Assembly (NCBI GenBank): GCA_031459655.1
Contig: JAVKID010000003.1
Span: forward strand, 1 to 60,629
DNA from: Candidatus Fervidifonticultor octavus
GTDB lineage: Bacteria; Sysuimicrobiota; Sysuimicrobiia; Sysuimicrobiales; Humicultoraceae
DNA: 60,629 nucleotides
Direction of reading: 5' to 3'
The notes below the pieces were generated by a model. The model saw nothing but the letters and a program-made list of their open reading frames with translations. It ran no database searches and was not told the origin of the DNA. Position numbers and translations under genes: made by a program. The stretch's first letter is position 1. Every line of letters begins with the position of its first letter. Positions 8,541 to 16,687 of this stretch are shown here, piece after piece.

Positions 8541-9734
8541 TCAGGCCCGGGGCAGATCCACCGGCACGTGCTCGACGTACTTCATCCCCGCGCCGGTGAT
8601 CAGCAGCAGCACCCGGTCCCCGGGGCCGATCGCCCCCCGCCCGCACAGGTGCGGCAGCGCCGCCACCGTGGCCGCCGCCTCGGGCGCCGCGAACACCCCC
8701 TCGGATGCCGCCAGGTCTCGCATGGCCGCCAGGATCTCGCCGTCGGTCACCGCCAGGGCGGTCCCGCCGCTGTCCCGCACGGCCTGGAGCATCAGGTAGT
8801 CGCCGATGGCCGCCGGCACCCGCAGGCCCGAGGCAATGGTGTGGGGACGCTCCACCGGCTCGGCGTGGGTCTTCCCCTGCTCGAAGGCGCGGACAATGGG
8901 CGCGCAGCCGGCTGCCTGCACCGCGATCATCCGGGGCCGCGGCGGTCCGACCCACCCCAGTTCGGCCATCTCGGCCACGGCCTTCCAGATCCCGACCAGA
9001 CCGGTGCCGCCGCCGGCCGGATAGACGATCACATCGGGCAGGGTCCAGTCCAGGGCCTCGGCGATCTCATAGCCCATGGTCTTCTTGCCCTCGACGCGGT
9101 AGGGCTCGCGGAGGGTGGAGAGGTCGAACCAGCCGCGCCCGGAGGCCAGCCTGCGCACCGCCCGCCCGGCGTCGTGGATGAGCCCGTCGACGCCGTAGAC
9201 GTGGGCGCCGTAGGCCACGCACTCGGCCCGGTTGACAGCCGGGGTGTCCTCGGGCATCACGATGTGGGCCTCCAGCCCGCCGCGCGCGGCGTAGGCGGCC
9301 AGCGCGGCGCCGGCGTTGCCTGCGGTCGGCATCGCCAGGGCCCGCACGCCGAGTTCCCGCGCCCGCGAGACCGCCGCGCACAGGCCGCGGGCCTTGAAGG
9401 TCCCGGTGGGGTTCTTCCCCTCGTCCTTCAACCACAGCGTCCGGAGGCCGTACCGGCGGGCCAGGCGCGAGGCCTCCAGGAGCGGCGTCATCCCTTCGCC
9501 GAGGCTCACGATATTCGCGGGATCGCGGACCGGGAGCACTTCGTGATACCGCCACATGTCCGGACGCCGGTCGCGCAACGCATCGCGGGGCAGTGCGCGC
9601 TTCAGGCCGTCCAGGTCATAGCGCGCGTAAAGCACCTTGCCGCAGTCGCGGCACGTACCCGCGAGCCGGTCCGCATCGAACCGGGTGCCGCAGGCGGTAC
9701 ACTCCAGGTGTGTCAGAAAGCTGAAAGGCATCAT
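8541..9734 (-). CDS. thrC: threonine synthase
   Basis: 397 aa. N-terminal Cys4 ribbon (CTACGTRF...CRDCGKVLYARYDL), PLP-lysine block NPTGTFKARG, and GNAGAALAAYAA. Confidence 0.9.
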   Translation of the reverse strand: MMPFSFLTHLECTACGTRFDADRLAGTCRDCGKVLYARYDLDGLKRALPRDALRDRRPDMWRYHEVLPVRDPANIVSLGEGMTPLLEASRLARRYGLRTLWLKDEGKNPTGTFKARGLCAAVSRARELGVRALAMPTAGNAGAALAAYAARGGLEAHIVMPEDTPAVNRAECVAYGAHVYGVDGLIHDAGRAVRRLASGRGWFDLSTLREPYRVEGKKTMGYEIAEALDWTLPDVIVYPAGGGTGLVGIWKAVAEMAELGWVGPPRPRMIAVQAAGCAPIVRAFEQGKTHAEPVERPHTIASGLRVPAAIGDYLMLQAVRDSGGTALAVTDGEILAAMRDLAASEGVFAAPEAAATVAALPHLCGRGAIGPGDRVLLLITGAGMKYVEHVPVDLPRA

Positions 9735-10075
9735 CGCGCGGGAAACACCGTGAATCTCTGCTCCACAACCCGCTCATCGAACGCCAACGCCTGTCGCACC
9801 CCGCGGGGACACATCAGCTCAAAACTCACCCAACCGACCAGGCCGACATCGCGCTGGCCGGCGGCGAGGAGGGCCGCCATCGCCATGTTGCCAGGATCGC
9901 GTACAGCCTCGAGACACCAACGACGGTGCTCATGTTGAGACCGGCGGGCTTCTCCCAGGTACTCATCGTGCTTTACACTGGTGTCGCGGTGGCCGGAGGC
10001 GAAACGTCCCGCTGCTGAAGCGCGCGGTGACGGCGTTCTTCCCACGGCATCTCGCCGGCGGATCGTATCCAGACG

Positions 10076-10104
10076 TCGACTGTCTCGCGGGTTATCATAA
10101 TAAT
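10076..10104 (+). promoter_or_regulatory. candidate sigma70-type promoter for the DinB gene
   Basis: TCGACT (10076-10081), 17-nt spacer, AATAAT (10099-10104), inside the only AT-rich patch of the intergenic region, about 50 nt upstream of ATG 10157. Confidence 0.35.
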
Positions 10105-10156
10105 GCATAGAAACCAACACGTCGACTAGGGATTCCCGGACGCGTGGGGTGTTCTC

Positions 10157-10633
10157 ATGACCGTCAAGGAGTTGCTGCTGGACCACCTGACATGCACCTT
10201 CGAGACAGAGACCTGGCAGCCGCCGCTGTCGATGGCCGTCGATGGGCTCACCGCGAGGCAGGCCGCCTGGAAACCGTCGCCGGAGCGTCACTCGATCTGG
10301 CAGATCGTGCGGCACGTCATCCTCTGGAAGCAGGGCGTTCTGGACGCCTGGGACGACCGCGTGCCCGACGAGGGGTCGCTCGAACGCGCCGACTGGCAGG
10401 AAGTCTCGGGCGACGACGCAGCCTGGCAGGCGGACGTGCGAATGTTGCACGAGGTCACGCGGACATTCAAAGAGCGGGTGCACGGGCTGGACGACGCAGG
10501 CCTGGGCCGCATGATGCCAACGTACAGGGGCTATCCCGATCAACCAATCGCGATCCGCATTGCGCGGATGGCCACCCACGACATCTACCACGCAGGGCAG
10601 ATCCGGTACCTGCGCGCGCTGCAGGGAGCGTGA
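10157..10633 (+). CDS. DinB-superfamily (DinB_2-like) four-helix-bundle protein
   Basis: 158 aa. HSIWQIVRHVILW ... ATHDIYHAGQIRYLRAL carries the His triad pattern of DinB/YfiT-like proteins. Confidence 0.85.
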   Translation: MTVKELLLDHLTCTFETETWQPPLSMAVDGLTARQAAWKPSPERHSIWQIVRHVILWKQGVLDAWDDRVPDEGSLERADWQEVSGDDAAWQADVRMLHEVTRTFKERVHGLDDAGLGRMMPTYRGYPDQPIAIRIARMATHDIYHAGQIRYLRALQGA

Positions 10634-10645
10634 TGGCCGAGCGCG

Positions 10646-11156
10646 TCAGCGCCTCGGACAGCACGCGCCAGTCGCCTGGCGCGGTGCCGCGATCCCCAGC
10701 AAAGACGCCAGCGTCGGCGCGAAATTGGTGGACCGGGCCTCGTGCACGATTCTCCCCGACCGCTCGGCCGCCGTCGCGCGCCTTTGCCATCGCCCGGCGG
10801 ATCTGCGCAACCGCGGCTGCGGGCTCCTGGGCCCGATGATGCCATCCCTGCGGTGTTGGGTCTTGATCGAACACACCAGCGGCACGACCTAGTGCCGGCA
10901 GCAGTTCAGGGCGGGAACTCCGCTCGCTCACAGGCCGCGCCAAGTACAGGAAGAAGTCGCGGTCGTCGGGGCGCAGGTCAAACAATCTGAGGTAGATCGC
11001 AGCGCCGGGCTGGCCCGTGGCCCCGGCCACGAGAGCACGACAGCCCGCACCGGTAACTGGGCAGGGGCAAGCGAGGTCACCCGCCAGCCATTCAGTGCAA
11101 CAATGCGGAACCGTGCCGCGATCCGTGGAACTCTCGTCTGTCACCCTTGATTGCAC
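10646..11156 (-). pseudogene. possible degraded remnant of an alkaline-phosphatase/nucleotide-pyrophosphatase-family gene
   Basis: Pieces in two minus-strand frames resemble AlkP-family blocks: CPCPVTGAGCRALVAGATGQPGAAIY (like PsvTxPa..sl.TG..P..HGI) and NFAPTLASLLGIAAP (like d.aPTl..llGi..P). They are squeezed into about 500 bp and need frame changes. The long frame would also overlap the DinB gene by 167 nt. Confidence 0.25.
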
Positions 11157-11167
11157 GGAGGAACACC

Positions 11168-11633
11168 ATGGACCTTCGCAGGATGCTGCTCTACGGCCTG
11201 ACCGCCACGCACAGACGGGCCCGCCTGTGCGTGGAGGATCTTAATTAACGATGACGAGGCCCGGCGTTCGCCGACCGGCGGCCTCAGCCCGATCGTCTGG
11301 CAGACCGGTCACATCACCCTGACGGACTTCGGCATGGCGCGGAGGGCGGGCGACCTCACGAGTCCGCCGGAAGGCTACACGGAACTCTTTGCGCCCGGCA
11401 CCGGCGGTGAAGCGGCCTATCCGCCGATCGCCTCGGTCTCCGAGGCGATGGAACGCGCGCACCACGTCCTCGAGGAGGTAGCGAAGTCGGCCGACCTGGA
11501 CGGCCCCGCGGAGAGCCACAATTACGCCACGGTCGGCGAAATGCTCATCTTCGCCATTTACCACCGCGGCTACCACATCGGGAAGATGACGACGCTGCGC
11601 GCATTGCTTGGAAAGAAGCGGCTCTTCGGCTGA
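11168..11633 (+). pseudogene. DinB-family gene disrupted by a 4-bp duplication
   Basis: ATG 11168 reads MDLRRMLLYGLTATHRRARLCVEDLN, then TAA at 11246-11248. The next frame continues DDEARRSPTGGLSPIVWQTGHITLTDFGMARR...AIYHRGYHIGKMTTLRALLG to TGA 11631-11633. Deleting one TTAA restores a single ORF (..VEDLNDDEARR..). Confidence 0.7.
11241..11248. repeat. TTAATTAA, a tandem duplication of TTAA at the DinB break point
   Basis: Read directly as gaggatc TTAA TTAA cgatgac. An AT-only 8-mer palindrome in a very GC-rich gene; it puts TAA in two forward frames. Confidence 0.9.
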
Positions 11634-11676
11634 CAGGCCCTTCAGGTAGCAGCCCTCTGTGGGGAACGCGCTCCGG

Positions 11677-13179
11677 TCACTTCCCGCCGGCCGAAGTCGC
11701 CGTCGCCTCCGCGCGGGCCGCCGCGAGCTGGGCGATGCGGCCGCGCGGCGCCAGGGCGGTGGCCGCGAGCCCCGCCGCTGCGGTGACGAAGGCAATGATG
11801 AAGACCCCCCGGATCGCGCCGGCCAGGGCGGCCCGCAGCACGGCCTCGAGCCCCGTCGCCGCTGACGCGCGGACCAGCGGGTCGAGCAACCGGTTCAGGG
11901 AGACCGCCGCGGGATCCGCGCCGGCGGCGGCCAGCGTCCCGGCCAGGCGCAGGCTGAGGACCAATCCCATGACGCTGACGCCGACGGCGCCTCCGATGCT
12001 GCGCATGAACTGCAACGTCGAGGTCGCGGTGCCCAGATCGTGCCGGGCGACGGCGGTCTGCACGGCGATCATCAACGACGGCACCGAGAGCCCCATCCCG
12101 ATCCCCATCAGCGCCAGGCTGGCCAGCAGGAACCCGTGACCGGTCTGCTCGCCGATCTGCGCCATCAGGAAGGTGCCGATCGTCAGCGACGCCATCCCGG
12201 TCACCGCCACCGGCCGGTAGCCGACGACCAGCAGCAGCCGGCTGCCGATGATGCTGGCGGCCACCCACCCGAGCATCAGCGGCATGAGCGTGGCACCGGC
12301 GGCGGTGGCGCTGGTCCCCATCACCGCCTGCACGAAGAGCGGCACGAAGGCCACCCCGCCGAATACGGCGCACCCTGCGAGCACGCCGTGGGCGCTGGCG
12401 GCGGCAAAGAGCCGGTCGCGGAACAGGCGCAGCGGCAGGACCGGATCGGCGGCAGCATGCTCCACGCGCCACAACACCGCAAAGGCGCCCGCCGCGAGGA
12501 CCAGGAGCAGGCGCCCCACCGGTGTGCGCACTTCGAACAAGCCGAGCAGCAGCGCGGCCACACCCATCGACAGAAGGATCGCCCCGGCGTAGTCCACCGA
12601 GACGGCGCCGGCGCCGGCCGGGCGCGCCTCGTCCACCCAGACGAACCCGATGAGCGCCGCCGCCAGCAGCCCGGGCACGAGGTTGATGTAGAAGATCCAC
12701 CGCCAGGAGACCTGGTCCACCAGGAAGCCGCCGAGCAGCGGGCCGACGAGAGACGAGATGCCCCACACGCCGGCGAAGACCCCCTGAACCTTGGCGCGCT
12801 GCTCGAAACTGAACAATGCGCCGACGATGACGAACGCCAGCGGCAGGACCCCCCCGGCGCCCAGGCCCTGCACGATGCGGAAGGCGATGAGCTGAGCCAT
12901 GCTCTGGGCCAGACCGCACAGCAGCGACCCGGCCAGGAACAATCCCATGGCCACCAGGTAGACCGGCCGCCGGCCAAACAGGTCGGAGAGCTTGCCGAAG
13001 ATCGGGACGGTGGCCGTGGCGGCCAGCATGTAGGCCGAGAACACCCAGCTGTAGATATCCAGGCCGCCGAGCTGGCTCACGATGGTCGGCATCCCGGTGG
13101 CGACCACGGTGGCCTCCATGGAGGCCAGGAAGAGGCTCAGCATGACGCCCAGCGTGATCAGGACCTTGGAGCGGTTCAC
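11677..13179 (-). CDS. MFS transporter, DHA2 (EmrB/QacA-like, 14-TMS) drug/H+ antiporter family
   Basis: 500 aa. LFLASMEATVVATGMPTIVSQLGG, GKLSDLFGRRPVY and FRIVQGLGAGGVLPL blocks. GTG start 13177-13179 overlaps the upstream stop (GTGA). Confidence 0.9.
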   Translation of the reverse strand: MNRSKVLITLGVMLSLFLASMEATVVATGMPTIVSQLGGLDIYSWVFSAYMLAATATVPIFGKLSDLFGRRPVYLVAMGLFLAGSLLCGLAQSMAQLIAFRIVQGLGAGGVLPLAFVIVGALFSFEQRAKVQGVFAGVWGISSLVGPLLGGFLVDQVSWRWIFYINLVPGLLAAALIGFVWVDEARPAGAGAVSVDYAGAILLSMGVAALLLGLFEVRTPVGRLLLVLAAGAFAVLWRVEHAAADPVLPLRLFRDRLFAAASAHGVLAGCAVFGGVAFVPLFVQAVMGTSATAAGATLMPLMLGWVAASIIGSRLLLVVGYRPVAVTGMASLTIGTFLMAQIGEQTGHGFLLASLALMGIGMGLSVPSLMIAVQTAVARHDLGTATSTLQFMRSIGGAVGVSVMGLVLSLRLAGTLAAAGADPAAVSLNRLLDPLVRASAATGLEAVLRAALAGAIRGVFIIAFVTAAAGLAATALAPRGRIAQLAAARAEATATSAGGK

Positions 13180-14363
13180 CCGACGACCTCGCGGAAGACC
13201 CTCAGGAAGTTCAGGCCCAGCAGTTTGCGAAGTTCCACTTCGTCAAACCCCCACCGCGCCAGGGCCACCGTGAGGTTGGGCCAGTCGCCGAAGTTCGCAT
13301 AGCCGGTCAGGCGGTAGTCGGGTGTGAGGCGGTGCTCCTCCCGGCGGAAGCCCGTCCAGTCGAATGTCTCCGGGCGAGACAGCGGCATCGCCGTTGGGTA
13401 CTCGACCAGGGAGTCGGTGCCGGGGCCGGGGCCGGCCTTATCGGTCCCGATTCCCACGTGGTCGATCCCGCAGACGTCGACCAGGTGCTCGACGTGGCGG
13501 CAGAAGTCGTCGAGGGTGACCTCCCGGGCCTCGGAGAGGAACCCGGGGATGACCACGACCCCGAAGAACCCGCCGCGGTCCGCCACCGCCTTGGCCAGTT
13601 CGTCGCTCTTCCCGCGGTCGTGGTAGCAGACGGCCTTGCTGCTCGAGTGGGAAATGACGATCGGGGCGCTGGACACCTTCAAGGCGTCCCATCCCACCTG
13701 CTCGCTGCAGTGACTGACATCGACCAGCATCCTGGCCTCGTTGAGGCGCCTGACCATCTCGCGGCCGAAGTAGGACAGCCCACCCTGATGCGCCTCGGTG
13801 CAGCCGTCTCCGACCAGGTTGCGCAGGTTGTAGGTGAGCTGCACCATGCGCACGCCGAGGTCGCGGAAGACGTCCACCCTGTCCAGGTCGTCGCCGAACG
13901 GCGTGGTGTTCTGGAAGTCGAGGATGAGCCCCCACTTCCCGTCGCGGTGGACCCGCTCGATGTCGGCCGCCCTGCGCACCAGGGTCAAGTCGCCCCCGAG
14001 GGCGTCGACGTAGGCGTACGCCTCCGCGATCCGTCGGGAGGCCTGCTCGAACGCATCGCCTGGCCGCATCCCTCCCGAGTAGGTCCCACAGGCCACGGTC
14101 ACGCCGGACTGCCGCCACAGCTCCCGATACGCGCGGCGGGCCTCCTCGGACGTCTGGAGTTCGCGGAGCGCCATCTCGGCCATCAGCGGCTCCACCTCGT
14201 CCCGCGCCTTCCCCTGGAGGGCGGCCTCGGCCAGCGCCGCCCGCATCTTCTCCGTGAACAGGAACCCGCGGGTCACCGGCGGCTGCTGCGCGTCGATGAC
14301 CAGCGCCTCTGCGTGCAGCCGACGGGCCTCCTCGGGGGTCAGGCTGGGGGTCGGGCGTCTCAT
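13176..14363 (-). CDS. membrane (renal-type) dipeptidase, peptidase family M19
   Basis: Last 395 codons of ORF 13176..15686: VIDAQQPP, VRMVQLTYNLRNLVGDGC, MLVDVSHCSEQ, PIVISHSS, IDHVGIGTDK. ATG 14361-14363 overlaps the upstream stop (ATGA). Confidence 0.9.
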   Translation of the reverse strand: MRRPTPSLTPEEARRLHAEALVIDAQQPPVTRGFLFTEKMRAALAEAALQGKARDEVEPLMAEMALRELQTSEEARRAYRELWRQSGVTVACGTYSGGMRPGDAFEQASRRIAEAYAYVDALGGDLTLVRRAADIERVHRDGKWGLILDFQNTTPFGDDLDRVDVFRDLGVRMVQLTYNLRNLVGDGCTEAHQGGLSYFGREMVRRLNEARMLVDVSHCSEQVGWDALKVSSAPIVISHSSSKAVCYHDRGKSDELAKAVADRGGFFGVVVIPGFLSEAREVTLDDFCRHVEHLVDVCGIDHVGIGTDKAGPGPGTDSLVEYPTAMPLSRPETFDWTGFRREEHRLTPDYRLTGYANFGDWPNLTVALARWGFDEVELRKLLGLNFLRVFREVVG

Positions 14364-15136
14364 AGCAGCCTCCACTCGGACAGCAGGTCGCTCCCGGCCG
14401 CCCGGCCTTCGGCTCTGAGCTTCAGCAGGTGGGCGTAGACCGACCGCGCAGCCAGAGGATGAAGGGACGGGGGCACATCGGTATAGATGCGCGACACCAG
14501 GTCGGGAATCCTGGCGGGTCCCTGCCGCAGGGCCTCCAGGATCTGCTCCTCGCGCATCCGACGGTGTGCCAGGTACTCTGCGATGACCGCCGCGGGGTCG
14601 TCGAGGGGCTCCCCGTGCCCGGGGTAGATCCGCGCGATGGCGCGCTGCCGCAGTCGCTCCAGGGAGCGGAGGTAGGCCGCCATGTCTCCGTCGGGCGGCG
14701 CGATGACCACGGTCGAGCCGCTCATGATCAGGTCCCCGGAGAACAGCGCCCGCTCCTCCCGAAGGAAGAAGCACACGTGGTCGGAGGCGTGTCCAGGCGT
14801 GTGGATCACCTCGACCGTCGCGCTCCCCCGGACCAGGACTTCCCCGTCGCGCAGCGTGAGCGGAAAGGCCAGCACCGCCGCCCCCGTCGCCCGTGCCAGA
14901 TGCGCGGCCCCCGGCGCGTGGTCCGGGTGGGAGTGGGTGAGGAGGATCCGGCCGACCCGCTCGCGGCCCAGGGCCGCCATGACGGCCTCGATGTGCCGGG
15001 GGTCGTCGGGGCCGGGGTCGATGACCGTCACCTCGCCGGTCCCGACCAGGTAGGTGTTCGTCCCCGGGCCGGTCATGGGAGAGGGGTTGGGGGCGATGAC
15101 CCGGTGGACCAGGGCAGAGAGCCGCCTCGCGAGCAT
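14360..15136 (-). CDS. MBL-fold metallo-hydrolase (LACTB2-like)
   Basis: 258 aa. GTNTYLVG, ILLTHSHPDHAPGA (HxHxDH) and HTPGHASDH. Confidence 0.9.
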   Translation of the reverse strand: MLARRLSALVHRVIAPNPSPMTGPGTNTYLVGTGEVTVIDPGPDDPRHIEAVMAALGRERVGRILLTHSHPDHAPGAAHLARATGAAVLAFPLTLRDGEVLVRGSATVEVIHTPGHASDHVCFFLREERALFSGDLIMSGSTVVIAPPDGDMAAYLRSLERLRQRAIARIYPGHGEPLDDPAAVIAEYLAHRRMREEQILEALRQGPARIPDLVSRIYTDVPPSLHPLAARSVYAHLLKLRAEGRAAGSDLLSEWRLL

Positions 15137-15208
15137 CGTGCTTCCTCCAGACAGGATCTACGGCCTGATGTCTAGAGTCTCCGGCATTTGGGAAGATACC
15201 CAGCGAAG

Positions 15209-15290
15209 CCTCCGATAAAGGCAAACCCGCCGCGAGGTGGGGACGCAAAGCCACAGGACCCCTCTGGGGTCGGCTGGGTTGCCGAAGAGG
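15209..15290 (+). promoter_or_regulatory. c-di-GMP-I (GEMM-I) riboswitch aptamer
   Basis: CCUCCGAUAAAGGCAAACCCGCC-GCGA-GGUGGGGACGCAAAGCCACAGGACCCC-UCU-GGGGUCGGCUGGGUUGCCGAAGAGG. This has the same block order as the Vc2 aptamer as I recall it: GGCAAACC, a GNRA-capped hairpin, GGGACGCAAAGCC, a second hairpin, GGGUU.CCGA. A second copy with compensatory stem changes lies at 52263-52349. Confidence 0.8.
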
Positions 15291-15328
15291 GTTTCGTTGC
15301 CAGCGGCGAAATCCTCTTACTTCTTTTT
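15285..15328 (+). terminator. intrinsic terminator (riboswitch expression platform)
   Basis: 12-bp stem AAGAGGGUUUCG / CGAAAUCCUCUU (one G-U pair), 10-nt loop, then ACUUCUUUUU. There is no upstream plus-strand gene to terminate. The 5' arm shares GAGG with the aptamer closing helix. Confidence 0.7.
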
Positions 15329-15350
15329 GGCCCGCGGAGGGGGATGCGCA

Positions 15351-15944
15351 ATGACCGTCGAGAGCATGCTCGCCGAAGTCGCCGGACTCGTTGACGTCCA
15401 GTGCCCGTGGCCGGAGGGGCATCCACGGCGTGTGGCCGGATACTGCGCCCACCTGGCTTCGGCGGCTGCTCTCGACGGGATCGCCACGGCGACCCTCGTC
15501 AGGGCCGCCCTCCTCCACGAGATCGGCAAACTGGGCATCTCCGAGCAGGTCCTGCGCAAGGCCGACCGGCTGACCCAGGAGGAGTACGCGGAGGTCAAAC
15601 GCCACCCCGTCCTGGGGGCCGAGATGTGCCGGCCGCTCCCCGACGGCGAGGCCATCGCGGCGATTGTCCGCAGTCACCACGAACACTGGAACGGCGAAGG
15701 CTATCCCGATGGTCTGGCCGGGGAGGCGATCCCGCTGGGCGCCCGGATCCTGGCCATCGCCGACGCCTACGACACCCTGACCATGGACCGGCCGTGGCGG
15801 CCGGCCTACACGCCGGAGGAGGCTTTGCAGATCCTCTGGTTTGGGGCCGACACACAGTGGGATCCCCGGCTGGTCGAATTGTTCGATCGGGTGGCGCGCT
15901 CGCGGTTCCTCACGGGCGCTCAGGTCTCCAATAGCGCCGCCTAG
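15351..15944 (+). CDS. stand-alone HD-GYP domain protein (c-di-GMP phosphodiesterase family)
   Basis: 197 aa from ATG 15351 (GGAGGGGG 7 nt upstream). EGHPRRVAGY, LLHEIGK, RSHHEHWNGEGYPDGL and ILAIADAYD blocks. The canonical HD dyad reads HE. Confidence 0.85.
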   Translation: MTVESMLAEVAGLVDVQCPWPEGHPRRVAGYCAHLASAAALDGIATATLVRAALLHEIGKLGISEQVLRKADRLTQEEYAEVKRHPVLGAEMCRPLPDGEAIAAIVRSHHEHWNGEGYPDGLAGEAIPLGARILAIADAYDTLTMDRPWRPAYTPEEALQILWFGADTQWDPRLVELFDRVARSRFLTGAQVSNSAA

Positions 15945-15947
15945 CGC

Positions 15948-16658
15948 CTACTCCAACCGCTCAAGCAGCGTCCTGGCCTCTCGGGCTGCCGCGCTGGTCG
16001 GATCCAGTTCAATGGCGCGCTCCAGTGCCTGGCGCGCCTCGGTGAGCCGGCCGGCCTTCCACGCCGCCCGGCCCATCCAGAGTTGCGCGCTGGCGGAGCC
16101 CGGCATCACCGCGGCGGCCTGCCTGAAGCGGCCGATGGCGGGTCCGTACCAGCCCGTCGAATAGAGCTGGTAGCCCTCGCGCATCAGCCTCTCGAAGTAC
16201 TTCGGGGGGGTGAGCGTGGGCTCGTCGGCGGCCGGTGACGGCGTGGCCCTCGGTGCTGGACGAGGCCGCGTCCCGGGCGCCGGTGTGGGTGGTGCGCGGT
16301 CGGAGGCCGGCCGGCTCGATGGAGTCTCTACCTTCCGGGTGGATTCAAGGCGGCGAGCGGGTCCGACCGTGGGGACGGTGGCTTTGAAGACGGGCCCACC
16401 CGCCGACGGCGCAGAGACCGCCAGCCCCGGCGTCACGCGCTTTGCGGCCCGGATCTGCGCGGCCGGAGCCTGCTGGATCAACCTGGCAAACGCCTCCAGG
16501 GGCCCGGGACCGGCGGCCAGGAAGCCCAGGACGATCAGCGCGCCCGCGAACTGGACAGAGAGGACCCACGAAGGCGTCGTCCTCGCGGAACGCCGCCTCC
16601 GAGCGTCCGGCCCGTCACCCTGCCGCGTCCCCATCTCTTCAGAGAGGGTTCTTCCCAT
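15948..16658 (-). CDS. membrane-anchored proline-rich protein with C-terminal TPR-like repeat
   Basis: One TM segment (WVLSVQFAGALIVLGFLAAG), a Pro/Ala-rich linker, and a C-terminal GWYGPAIGRFRQAAAV...AQLWMGRAAWKAGRLTEARQALERAIELDP. Start is ATG 16658 or 16634. Confidence 0.6.
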   Translation of the reverse strand: MGRTLSEEMGTRQGDGPDARRRRSARTTPSWVLSVQFAGALIVLGFLAAGPGPLEAFARLIQQAPAAQIRAAKRVTPGLAVSAPSAGGPVFKATVPTVGPARRLESTRKVETPSSRPASDRAPPTPAPGTRPRPAPRATPSPAADEPTLTPPKYFERLMREGYQLYSTGWYGPAIGRFRQAAAVMPGSASAQLWMGRAAWKAGRLTEARQALERAIELDPTSAAAREARTLLERLE

Positions 16659-16687
16659 CTTCGCCGGGCAGGAGTCCTGCTCGGGGC

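Noticed and set aside
6902-9734. A thiazole/oxazole RiPP (TOMM) cluster, inferred from the SagB-type dehydrogenase.
   Set aside because: There is no YcaO or E1-like partner and no Cys/Ser/Thr-rich small precursor ORF in any frame nearby. The neighbours are a housekeeping thrC and a peptide importer.
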